Shown here piece after piece: positions 27,301 through 36,283 of a DNA stretch of 61,038 nt. The notes under the pieces were generated by a model. The model had not been told where the DNA came from. It was given only the letters and a program-made list of their open reading frames with translations, and did no database searches. Source of the stretch: a virus; the IMG/VR virus record IMGVR_UViG_3300045988_047031, positions 1 through 61,038 of that record; one strand, given 5' to 3'. How positions within the stretch are numbered: position 1 is the stretch's first letter; the number at the start of each line of letters is the position of its first letter. The translations under genes were made by a program, and so were the position numbers.

Positions 27301-30300
27301 CTTCGGTAGTCTACCTGAAGATATACAAAAGGTACTTATTGATATATGGTCTGCAGTAAAAAAATTCGCAAGTGACTTCGGAGCTAACTTTAAAGGTGTA
27401 GATTTCTCATTCAATAATTTTGGTGAGACGATTAAACAAATCGGAGACGGTATCAGTAAGACCTTTGGCAAGATTATCGAATCTGTTAAAGATGTATGGG
27501 ACGCTATGGTTAAGCTATTTGGTGTATCTAAAGCCCATGCGAATGATTTAACGCCTATGGACTTTGGGCAAAGCCAAATGAAGGGCGCGAAAGCTGGTAT
27601 TGACGAACTTAGTAACGACGTTGATCATGTCCATAATAAAACCCAAGGTATCTTTTCTACAATTGGCGACATGGCGAAACTCATGACCAACATGTTTAGC
27701 GAAGCACTTAAACCATTTACCAAAGAGAACTCTGAGTCTATCGGTCGTATCCTAACTCTAGCAGCGGCTATCGCAGTTCTTTGGAATACTCGTAAGAAAG
27801 TTATCGGACTAAAAGATGTATTTGGCGACTTTGTTAAAAATCTAACACATGGGCCTAAAACTGTAGTAGGGTCTTTAGTTGGCATGTTCTCAACAATTAG
27901 TGGATTCTTTAAAGCCAAAACAAGGGTTGAAAACATTAAAGCCTTTGCTATCGCTATTGGCGTATTAGTTGCATCTCTATGGCTGCTCTCTACAATCCCG
28001 GGAGATAAACTCCTTGTCGGATTAGGCGGTTTAGCTGGGGTTCTAGTGGTATTCGAGGTATTCTATCTTACCCTATCCCGAACTACTAAGAAATTCAATC
28101 CTGCTAAGGTACGAAACATGCAACAAGCCATGCTTGGTATGCTGGGTATCGCTGGCTCAATCCTCTTACTTACAGCTTCTGTTGCCTTACTCGGTAATAT
28201 GGACTGGAAGAAGGGTCTTCAGGGTATTATTGGTGTAAGTCTCCTGCTCGGAGCCATCTTTACATCAATGGCTATCATGAACAAACTCCAAGGTAACACC
28301 GTTCGTGGTACTCAGAAGATTGCGGTAACATTCTTGACGTTTGTTGGCATCGCGTATGCGATTAGAAATATCGTTCCGTCTATTGCGGCTCTTGGTGAAA
28401 TGAACTTCTGGAAGCTACAACAAGGCCTATTTGGTATGGTTGCTATTGTGACCGGTATTACAGCCGTTATTCTAGCAACATCTAAGATGCAAGGGACTAA
28501 GTTTGCTTCCGTATTCGCCTTTAGTGCTATGGCGTCTGCTATTAAGAAGATGTCTGCCACTATACAGACTCTTGGTGAGATGAAAACTGACGTCTTAATC
28601 AAGGGTGGTGCGGCGGTACTAGCCATGCTAGGTGTTATGGCGGCCATGACCTTTGCGTTTGGCCAACTAGACAACACCAAACAATCCTTTGCTAAGAACG
28701 CTCTTGTGATGTTCGGCGGAATGATCCTTTTGTTCAAAATGATGTCAGAACTTGCAGGAGAATTAGGCAAGATGCCAAATCCCGACACGTTTATGAATGC
28801 TTTGGGTGGTATCACAATCGTTGTGGGACTATTCTCACTTCTTGCGGCTAAACTCGGAGACGGTGCGGTTGCTGGTGATGGAATGTCACATGGTATCAAG
28901 CGCCTTGGTGTTATTGCCGCAGAAGTTGTAGTGGCTGCTTCTGGTCTATTTATCTTAAGTCAGATGAATACCGATTTAGGACATGTTGCTACTGCAGTTA
29001 TAGCCTTGGGTGCAGTTATGTTAGGGTTTGTTGGTCTCGCTAAGCTTGGTGAGAAAATCAAAACTCAAGGTTTAATTGCCATTGGCGTAGCAGCAGGTGC
29101 TGTTGTCGTAGCCGCTCTTGGTATGCAAATGCTGACACAAATTCCAGTTGATGATATCTGGACTAAGGTTGGTGTTCTTGCGGCTATTGTTGGTGGCCTA
29201 GCTGTTATCGGCGGAATTCTTGGAAACTCTACAATGGGTATGGTTGGTGTAGCCGTGTTGGCCGGAAGTTTCTTGCTTCTTGGGCTCGGCGTCAAAGTGG
29301 CGGCCGATGCTTTAGCCGGCTTCTTAAATGCCGCTACCGGTTTCATTCAAGCAATGAATGATATGATAACCACCACCTCTAAGTTAGGAGCCGAGGGCGG
29401 CCAGAATGTTGCTAAATTCTTCAAAGAAGCAGCTAAGGGTGCTGACGATATGGGTCGTGTTGCGGCAGGTGTTGTAACCGGTATCGTAGTAGGCTTTATC
29501 GAAGGTGTGGAACAAAACATTGGTAGAATTATCCAAGTGGGTATCCGTCTGATGTCAGGTTTTATACAAGGTATCCTAACAATGGCTGGGCAAATCGCGG
29601 AAACTCTTGTAACTATCGCAGGCGAAGCAGTTATTAAATTAACTGAAGCTATGCCTGGTTGGTTTACTAAGTTCTGTGATGCATTCCTACAAGGCCTCCT
29701 ACAAACGGCTCAATGGATTAGAAACAATAAGAATGTTCTAGTCATGGCGGGTCTTGAAATGGTCGAGGCTTTGACCGAGGTTATCTTGGAAGGTCTCCGT
29801 ATCATGACAGTACTTATGCTTAAGTCTATGGAGAATATTCCATTCATTGGCGATAAGGTTAAGGAGATGACCCCTCAAGTTGATGCCGCATTTAAGGCAT
29901 TTGCTGAGTCTGGTCGTAAGGCTCTCGATGAACTTAAAGATTATCCATCAATCGCAACTGAAGACGGTATCAAGAAAGCCATTGAAACTATGGATGCTCT
30001 TGGCCCAGAAGAGGCTGAGGCTGCTCGACGTTTTGCCGCATCAGGTAAAGACGGTTTAGATGTATTTCGTATCTACTGTTCGCAACTTGGTATCCAGGGG
30101 CCTGAAGAGTTCATTAAAGGAATTCAAAATGGTTCAATTTCTGCACAAGAAGCCGGTAAGTTCTTAGCTAAGATGGTAGAACTGGGTATGTCTGAGAACC
30201 AAATCAAGCAAATCGCGGAAGCCGCAGGCTTTGATTACGCTAATGGTGTATTGACCGCTAAGGAAAAAGCTAAAGCTAGCGGTGATGAAGTTAAGAAATC

Positions 30301-31624
30301 TGTTGAAGAAGGTCTATCTGGTAATGGACAAGGCTTTGATACAGGTCTTATAACTCAAGCGTTCACTAAACTCAATGAGCACATGGGTGGTCAACTCGAT
30401 ATAACTAAGGCCATGGCTGGGGTTAAGACTGGTGAAATCAATCAAGAGATGCTGGATAAACTGGCTTCTGGTGATTTCGCAGGCGTCTCTCAAGAAAACA
30501 TGGATGAGTATGCTAAACCTATTGAGGGTATGGGCGATAAGGCAGCGGCCGCTGTTGATGATGCCAATGCTAAGGTTGGTGCATCTATGGACAAGATGTC
30601 TGGAGATGTAAACGCGAAAGCAACTACAACTCAACAAAACCTTAATACTACATTAGGTAACTTTGCTCCAGGTGTAAACTTGGCAGGCGTCGGTATGAAC
30701 AACTATAGCACTACTATCGGTAACGGTAAGACTACTGCCGAAAGTTCAGCTAAGACAGTTGCTGATACTGCTCAGAAAGCGATGAAGTTCGACGGTAAAG
30801 ATTCGGCCGATAAATCGATTGACTCATATGCCAACAATCTTAAGTCTGACGGCAATAAGAGTAAAGCTTCTAAGGCGGCAGGCGAAGTTAATAAGTCAGC
30901 ACAAAACGGACTTAAAGGTACTGGTACTGCGGCCAACTCTGGTGAGGCTATCACTAAGGCCTTTGCTGGAGGTCTCGCTTCTAGCGCTGCGCTTAGGGCA
31001 GTTGATGAGGCTATGGCTAAAGTTAACTCTAAGGTTAAACATCATCAACCACAATCTCCAGCCAAAGAAGGGGTCTTCTCTGGTGATGGATGGCGTGGTG
31101 TATTCCGTTCAGGTCTTGCTATTGTTAAGGAATTTGCTGGAGGTTTAGGTTCAACTAAATCTATGGATGCTATTTCCTCAAATATGGATAAGGTCAACGC
31201 ATTCGTGCAATCTTCTATGGAGACTATGACCAGATATCTGGATGAGAATATGGATATGAACCCTACCATTACACCAGTTCTAGATACGTCAAATCTTGAC
31301 GGATATAGCTGGAATGGCCTCGGTTCTCTTAACCTCTCAGGTAATGTAAATTACTCTGCTCTAAACCCTGCTACAAGGGCACAAGCAAGTAATAGATATT
31401 CTATTGATGAAGTGGTTAAAGGTCTTAATGCTCTTGATCGTAAGCTTGAGACTCTTGCTGAAGTTGGAACTGTTGGTAATGAGCTTCTGGCTCAAGACCG
31501 TGTCAGTCCTGTATTTATGGATAAAGACCTCGTTAATCGGGCTCTTGCTCCAGGTATGGCTGATGCACAACGTTCCTATAACGATCGACTAAATATGTTA
31601 GATGGAGTATTACCAACGATATGA
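24317..31624 (+). CDS. tape measure protein (2,435 aa)
   Basis: largest gene, located before Dit/Tal; helical N-terminal part; a roughly 550-aa central block of many hydrophobic helices. Confidence 0.9.
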   Translation: MSRQVIEERLIKLGIDNEQFKKGLKESLSSLEALDKGLSKSDGKSSFTNIEKSAKNLSKSLIDLMDKAPKIGNVFLGAFDKVTGSLSRTTGSFGSFASSVLGFISPVSSGTQEAAQSIEDMGSRVEQSSQGFSFLQSIATVALGNIAASAVQAGLSITMNLGRNILNAVAPVKQGFGQFEDKINSVNMLVAALGKSEMGNITDSLDDLQQYAETTKYSVKQMHGSLAQFVNAGVGLKESTTALKGWGNLAASAGASTDGFNRSLQFGVQQALQMGKMNTQNWVSVENAGMATQRFKDILLETAAAMGQEVDMSEGFRNSLQQGWLTNDILIKSLETLANDETLSKMAEEFHTLGEVSEAVADQVTSVWARFWETLIGQAGSDEVTAFWTKWGNIAANALSKVGAQAVGFAKAFVDLGGRQKIIQLMETAFNSLSLILKPIGDAFRKVFGDSHTISLGQRLVNLIQGLTDKLKIGKAESQAFGQIFQTIFGIIKWVLAELGAKLKIVELLIPDHLFKNFVLFLGMLSSVVSSVIRTIETIVGKFIDFKKAGEILDLVSEKVHNFWNKVNEYLGKFAQNWMTAFDNLPNGVGKVIDWLKKFWEVIKLLTPAIGEFKQNIRTMFSYFTNPFKTLNDVLGKNYKGFNDWSFGVGNAMKRFPVFGKTLGDFIIGFSHFNTATYDMNSAAGKFGDKLRRNLSKISHDWDAFSGNMKFNYKAFWTQFNSNMDKVLNGQIRSWKDFNKNLNWGSLIPSNISGIFKGLKFDMPDTSKIKSGLASFASNPFGSITKGSAGLSKWLESSTFSFKSLGDVVRKTWPSLGEYADKLDKVQFSFAFLSPVVDAVGKAFDWLSQKLAGFSIGNFKFSDLADGFKQIQQTLSANFADGFIPGLVKSIDGFRKWASELGAVKLAVEGFNTSKNLVGELTDNIKKRLSQSKGDFTNYKTTLKTFGGWFKSFWQGIGDTAKGPTMTKIFDGFKDTFSGIINWFKSTFGPWFKQFFGSLPEDIQKVLIDIWSAVKKFASDFGANFKGVDFSFNNFGETIKQIGDGISKTFGKIIESVKDVWDAMVKLFGVSKAHANDLTPMDFGQSQMKGAKAGIDELSNDVDHVHNKTQGIFSTIGDMAKLMTNMFSEALKPFTKENSESIGRILTLAAAIAVLWNTRKKVIGLKDVFGDFVKNLTHGPKTVVGSLVGMFSTISGFFKAKTRVENIKAFAIAIGVLVASLWLLSTIPGDKLLVGLGGLAGVLVVFEVFYLTLSRTTKKFNPAKVRNMQQAMLGMLGIAGSILLLTASVALLGNMDWKKGLQGIIGVSLLLGAIFTSMAIMNKLQGNTVRGTQKIAVTFLTFVGIAYAIRNIVPSIAALGEMNFWKLQQGLFGMVAIVTGITAVILATSKMQGTKFASVFAFSAMASAIKKMSATIQTLGEMKTDVLIKGGAAVLAMLGVMAAMTFAFGQLDNTKQSFAKNALVMFGGMILLFKMMSELAGELGKMPNPDTFMNALGGITIVVGLFSLLAAKLGDGAVAGDGMSHGIKRLGVIAAEVVVAASGLFILSQMNTDLGHVATAVIALGAVMLGFVGLAKLGEKIKTQGLIAIGVAAGAVVVAALGMQMLTQIPVDDIWTKVGVLAAIVGGLAVIGGILGNSTMGMVGVAVLAGSFLLLGLGVKVAADALAGFLNAATGFIQAMNDMITTTSKLGAEGGQNVAKFFKEAAKGADDMGRVAAGVVTGIVVGFIEGVEQNIGRIIQVGIRLMSGFIQGILTMAGQIAETLVTIAGEAVIKLTEAMPGWFTKFCDAFLQGLLQTAQWIRNNKNVLVMAGLEMVEALTEVILEGLRIMTVLMLKSMENIPFIGDKVKEMTPQVDAAFKAFAESGRKALDELKDYPSIATEDGIKKAIETMDALGPEEAEAARRFAASGKDGLDVFRIYCSQLGIQGPEEFIKGIQNGSISAQEAGKFLAKMVELGMSENQIKQIAEAAGFDYANGVLTAKEKAKASGDEVKKSVEEGLSGNGQGFDTGLITQAFTKLNEHMGGQLDITKAMAGVKTGEINQEMLDKLASGDFAGVSQENMDEYAKPIEGMGDKAAAAVDDANAKVGASMDKMSGDVNAKATTTQQNLNTTLGNFAPGVNLAGVGMNNYSTTIGNGKTTAESSAKTVADTAQKAMKFDGKDSADKSIDSYANNLKSDGNKSKASKAAGEVNKSAQNGLKGTGTAANSGEAITKAFAGGLASSAALRAVDEAMAKVNSKVKHHQPQSPAKEGVFSGDGWRGVFRSGLAIVKEFAGGLGSTKSMDAISSNMDKVNAFVQSSMETMTRYLDENMDMNPTITPVLDTSNLDGYSWNGLGSLNLSGNVNYSALNPATRAQASNRYSIDEVVKGLNALDRKLETLAEVGTVGNELLAQDRVSPVFMDKDLVNRALAPGMADAQRSYNDRLNMLDGVLPTI

Positions 31625-33297
31625 GAGATGAAAGATATTTCTCCATAATCTTTGGTGAGGGAGCTGAAGCTGTTGATATCGGTAAACTCTTTGATGCGGT
31701 AACTAAGGTAGAACGTAACGCTGGTGCCGGTTTGGAACATTCGTATTCCGCCGGCGTCGGTCGTTTTGGTAAGACCTGGATATCGGCTCATAGAGGTACA
31801 TATCCTATCAATATTGAAGCTACTCTACATGGTGGCCCTGTTGATTTCTTAGCCCTTAGAACTAAGCTAGCCAAAGTGCTGGACTGTCCTGATGGGCCTA
31901 AGAAGTTGCAGTTTGATGACCAAGATGGTAAATACTATATGGCGGTAGCTACTGGCGTAACTAAGTTCGCAGAAGACCCGCTTCATGGTAAAGTTACTGT
32001 CTCAATAGCATTTGATGTACCTGATGGTCTACTTCATTCAGAAGTCACCAAGGTGCTGGATGGGTCAACAAGAAGCGCCGACATTGGAACTCTCACTAAA
32101 GAAGGGAAAACTGTCAAAATAACTCTAAACAATACAGGGTCTGCTCCGGCTTACCCTAAGATTAGGGTTCGTAACAATTCAGATAATGGTTGGATTGGGC
32201 TTGTAAACCAGAACGGTATGATGGAAATCGGCACAAGTCTAGCCGATGTCACGGGTACTCGGGTTGCCTCAGGTCAGTTCAACCAATCACATACTTTAAT
32301 AGACATCAAACCCGAAGATAAGGCCGAATGGGCTAAGTTTACAGAAGTCTCAAACCGCTACCAGAATATTTCACCTTTACCTTTTGCTAGTCATGCGGAG
32401 ATTGGTGGACTTAAACTGGGATGGCGAGAGAAAGGATTCGGTGGCGTAGCATATCCTGCTCCTGGTCTACATTGGAATGGTCAAGGTAGCAAGGGTGTCG
32501 GTCGTGACTGGGGTTGCGGTATTTATGAATACGTACTCCCTAATGATAAGACTGGTGTAAAGGGTGCTAAAGACTGGCGTTGTGATTTCAACATGAAAGT
32601 CTGGGCTTCCAAGTTTGGCCAATCAGGTTCCCTATCAATCATATTTGTTACAGATGATAATCGCGTTATTTGTGCGTATACTATTGAGAAGCCAGATACG
32701 TCAGGCGAGATTACCTGGCAGTCATTCTCATTGGGCGATATACACTCAGGTGCTACCTACCAACGTGAGATGAACAGCTTTGGTTCTAACAACAATGAAC
32801 CCGGGACACCTAGACCGAACGTAGCCTTTAACAGTCGTACAGGAGATGCTTATATTATCAAGGAAGGCCCTAAACTGACCTTTTCTTATAATGGTATCCC
32901 TAAGACGCTTAATGACCCGTCTAAAGAGTACTTGACTTGTACTAAGATTTGGGTTATGGCCGGGCGATACAAGGGCGAAAGAGACGGTATTGGGTCATTA
33001 GATACTCTATGTATTCAATCAATTCGCTTCGTCAAGAATAACGCTGAGCGATACGACCTAGTCCCTAACAAGTATGCTAAGGGTAGCGAAGTTGTAGTAG
33101 ATATGGAGCAAGGTAAAGTCTCGTTTGTAGCTAATCCATCAGCCTCTAAGATTGGTGTATCGGCTGCAGGAGACCTTATTAATGGTTCCCGCTACTTCTC
33201 AATACCTCCGGGTGAGTCTAAACTAGAAGTCCATTCATCTGACTTCTGTGAACAAGCGCCTGATGTTACTGTTGAATGGGATGAAGCCTGGTTGTAA
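31621..33297 (+). CDS. distal tail protein (Dit), extended form
   Basis: immediately after TMP (ATGA overlap); 558 aa, larger than a minimal Dit. Confidence 0.65.
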   Translation: MRDERYFSIIFGEGAEAVDIGKLFDAVTKVERNAGAGLEHSYSAGVGRFGKTWISAHRGTYPINIEATLHGGPVDFLALRTKLAKVLDCPDGPKKLQFDDQDGKYYMAVATGVTKFAEDPLHGKVTVSIAFDVPDGLLHSEVTKVLDGSTRSADIGTLTKEGKTVKITLNNTGSAPAYPKIRVRNNSDNGWIGLVNQNGMMEIGTSLADVTGTRVASGQFNQSHTLIDIKPEDKAEWAKFTEVSNRYQNISPLPFASHAEIGGLKLGWREKGFGGVAYPAPGLHWNGQGSKGVGRDWGCGIYEYVLPNDKTGVKGAKDWRCDFNMKVWASKFGQSGSLSIIFVTDDNRVICAYTIEKPDTSGEITWQSFSLGDIHSGATYQREMNSFGSNNNEPGTPRPNVAFNSRTGDAYIIKEGPKLTFSYNGIPKTLNDPSKEYLTCTKIWVMAGRYKGERDGIGSLDTLCIQSIRFVKNNAERYDLVPNKYAKGSEVVVDMEQGKVSFVANPSASKIGVSAAGDLINGSRYFSIPPGESKLEVHSSDFCEQAPDVTVEWDEAWL

Positions 33298-33320
33298 GAA
33301 AGGAGGGCCAAAACTTCAAA

Positions 33321-35111
33321 ATGATTGCAAAACCTGCATGGCAGTTGACTGTTCATGACAATGCTATGAACATCATCGATCATATAAATAATGATGTGCC
33401 TGGTTCTCTTAAGTATTACAACGAAGAGTTCCACGAGTACTGTGGTAAAGGCTCTTCGATCTTTAACTTTACGGTAGACAAGTACCTGAACGGTAAACTC
33501 AATCCTAGAGTTGAAGAACTTACATCTGATTGTTATATTTCTTTCAGAGATAATGATCGAGATTATGTATTCAGTATTATAAACCGTAAAGAAACCAACA
33601 CGACTATTGAGTTTGAATGTAACTCAGCCAACCTTGAATTGCTTAATGAGAAGGTTCAAGCATATGAGGCCAAAGAGGCGCATACGTTTCTTGAGTATGC
33701 TGATATTATGGGTCTATTCAGGTTTACTAAGATTGACCTTGGTCGTTGCGATGTCCGTGACACCAAGCTCACTCTTAAGTTTGAGTCTGATGATGACACC
33801 TGTCTAGCCCGTATTATTAAGCTAGTTGAAGCTTTCGACTGTGAGATGGACATTCGAACCTACCTTAATCAAGGTGGACAAATCGATAAATACGAGCTCA
33901 ATGTCTACAAGTCTCGCGCTCTGTCTGATGACCGTGAAGATGGTCTAGGTCGGGTGCGTACCGATATCCGCCTTGAGATGGGTCGGGATATTGTATCGGT
34001 GGTGAAGAAAGAGGATAAAACCAACCTCTTCTCCGCTATCCGTATCCGGGACAAAGATGGTAACTACATCAAACAACCCAAGGCCAGAGAAGTTAAAGCG
34101 GCCGATGGTGTACATAACGAGATTTACTGTACTCGTAACGCTACAACCATCTATGCCCCTATATCTGCCAGGCTATACCCCTCACTTAATAAACGTGAGA
34201 ACTGTGATAACTGGATTGTTCGTGATGTAAAAACCGAATTCACCGACTACAAACAAGCCTGGGCTTATGCGGTTAAGATGCTTAAGAACTACATGTATCC
34301 CGTGACAACATGGGAGATTGAGTTGAACTCTGCGGTAGTTCTACAACGTCACGACATTCGTATTGGCGATGTTATCTTCTTGACTGACGAACACTTTGCT
34401 GGTGGGTTATTGATAAGGGCTCGTGTTACTGAAATGGTGCGATGCTCAACAGACCAAACCAAAACTAAGGTTATTCTATCAAACGTTATTGCTACTCGAC
34501 CTACGAATAATTCTATTCTAAGTAAAGCGATGGCGCAGATGGTGGCTGATGCTCAACCTTTCAAAATGAATGTAAAAGTGACAGGCCCTACCATGTTCCG
34601 GGAAGTTTCTGATACTTGTGATGTTATTCCTACCTTATATAAAGGTTCTACTGAGTTTACTGAGGCCGAATATATATATTATATCGACAACCAAGTAGCT
34701 GGTAGAGGGGATAAATTCACGGTATCTAAGGCTAACATTGGGACTAGTGGTCGTGCGCTTATTACAGTTCAAGCTCTAGTCAAGGGTGAAGTCGTCGAGT
34801 TCCAAGATATCACATTCTCAACTGTAAGTGATGGCGTTTCGCCAATCTTGACGGTCGTTCATTCTAGTAATGGCGACACCTTTAAGAACGGTATTATCGA
34901 TACTCGTATTACGGCAAAGTTATATCGTAATGATGAAGAGATCGATACTGAAGGCGAAGGCTTCTCTTACAAGTGGACTAAGGTTTTAGCTAATGGTGTG
35001 GCCGATGAAGAATGGGCCAAGAAACCTCAGGCTAGAATGAAAGGCTTTAACTTAACTAACGCTGATGTTTTAAACCGTGCTACATTTTCTGTAGCCATTG
35101 AGACGAAATAG
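33321..35111 (+). CDS. tail-associated protein (Tal) / minor structural protein
   Basis: synteny TMP-Dit-Tal; 596 aa. Confidence 0.6.
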   Translation: MIAKPAWQLTVHDNAMNIIDHINNDVPGSLKYYNEEFHEYCGKGSSIFNFTVDKYLNGKLNPRVEELTSDCYISFRDNDRDYVFSIINRKETNTTIEFECNSANLELLNEKVQAYEAKEAHTFLEYADIMGLFRFTKIDLGRCDVRDTKLTLKFESDDDTCLARIIKLVEAFDCEMDIRTYLNQGGQIDKYELNVYKSRALSDDREDGLGRVRTDIRLEMGRDIVSVVKKEDKTNLFSAIRIRDKDGNYIKQPKAREVKAADGVHNEIYCTRNATTIYAPISARLYPSLNKRENCDNWIVRDVKTEFTDYKQAWAYAVKMLKNYMYPVTTWEIELNSAVVLQRHDIRIGDVIFLTDEHFAGGLLIRARVTEMVRCSTDQTKTKVILSNVIATRPTNNSILSKAMAQMVADAQPFKMNVKVTGPTMFREVSDTCDVIPTLYKGSTEFTEAEYIYYIDNQVAGRGDKFTVSKANIGTSGRALITVQALVKGEVVEFQDITFSTVSDGVSPILTVVHSSNGDTFKNGIIDTRITAKLYRNDEEIDTEGEGFSYKWTKVLANGVADEEWAKKPQARMKGFNLTNADVLNRATFSVAIETK

Positions 35112-35122
35112 AAAGGAAACAA

Positions 35123-36277
35123 ATGGTTGTTGTATCTAGTGGTCAGATCACGATCACCGACGTAGAAGATGGGAAACCAGGGCGTGATGGCCAGGTCGGT
35201 GAAAACTTGCTCTTAGACACTAACGCTATGTCTGTATCTAAGAACTACGCAAATCAAGACCGATATTATTCGCATTCAGAAAACCATGCATTATTTGATT
35301 TCGGGTATGTTCAAATCCAAGACCCTCCAGTTGCTTCTATTTCTACTGGTGTCCGGTTTAAAAATAAAGAAGGTTCTTCCGGTAAGAATATCGGGATCTG
35401 CTGGTATGGCGGAGATTATAAAGGTGTTCCACTCAAAGCTGGAACAAAGTATACAATTTCGTGCTATGCGAGGAAGATTAGCGGTGCGTCAACTGCTAAG
35501 ATGTACATTTACCCAATGCTTAAGGATTGGTCTATCTATGGTAATTTCTTAACGGATTATATTACAACTAATGAATGGGTACAGTTATCTAAGACCTTCG
35601 AATTTGACCCTACTAAAATGGGCGATAACGACCCTAAAGCAGCCCGTATCTACTTCACGGTTCTTGCGACAAATACTGAGTTATTTGAGGTTCAGGTGTG
35701 TGGTTTCAAGCTTGAAGAAGGCGAAGTCGCTACACCATACAAACCTAGTCCAGTTGAGACAACTATCGAACTTGGACGTAAGGCCGACTCAGAGTCTGTA
35801 TTAGAACAGCAACGTCTTCTTAAAGAAGCTCAGGATCAAGCACTAAAATCCCTAAATGATGATATTATGCGAAGAGTGTCTACAGACTGGGCGGATTTAA
35901 TTAAACGTATTCGTGATACAGATGAGGCTGGTAGAAAAGCGGCTGAGGAGTCTTTGCGTGTAATGTCTGCTCGTTTAAGGTCTGAGGTATCTAAGCAGTT
36001 CGGTGAGTATGCCTATATTCGGGAATTCATAACCACTCAGGTCGTTGAGAGTGAAGAAGGGCTCTCTATCGGTAAGCAGGACAATAGTGAACGGTTGGTA
36101 TTTACTCCAAACCGTATTTCGTTTATGTCTGCCGGTAAGGAAATTGCCTCAATCGCTCAAGGGCGACTGAACATCGACTCCGGTGCGTTCACCTTAAGCT
36201 TACAAATCGGTCACTTTATTACATTCCAGGATCCGTCTGATCCTACACGGAATATTACAAAATATATAGAAGGGTAG
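35123..36277 (+). CDS. tail fibre / baseplate protein with carbohydrate-binding-like domain
   Basis: N-terminal SGQITITDVEDGKPGRDGQ motif typical of tail fibre joints; coiled-coil C-terminal half. Confidence 0.5.
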   Translation: MVVVSSGQITITDVEDGKPGRDGQVGENLLLDTNAMSVSKNYANQDRYYSHSENHALFDFGYVQIQDPPVASISTGVRFKNKEGSSGKNIGICWYGGDYKGVPLKAGTKYTISCYARKISGASTAKMYIYPMLKDWSIYGNFLTDYITTNEWVQLSKTFEFDPTKMGDNDPKAARIYFTVLATNTELFEVQVCGFKLEEGEVATPYKPSPVETTIELGRKADSESVLEQQRLLKEAQDQALKSLNDDIMRRVSTDWADLIKRIRDTDEAGRKAAEESLRVMSARLRSEVSKQFGEYAYIREFITTQVVESEEGLSIGKQDNSERLVFTPNRISFMSAGKEIASIAQGRLNIDSGAFTLSLQIGHFITFQDPSDPTRNITKYIEG

Positions 36278-36283
36278 GATAAT

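Noticed and set aside
28312-28899. Minus-strand ORFs (for example 28312-28899 at 195 aa, 45313-45900 at 195 aa, 36688-37224, 21023-21397, 42144-42326)
   Set aside because: All lie antisense inside long, well-supported + strand genes or across + strand cassettes. They lack an RBS and have odd composition, so they are treated as shadow ORFs.
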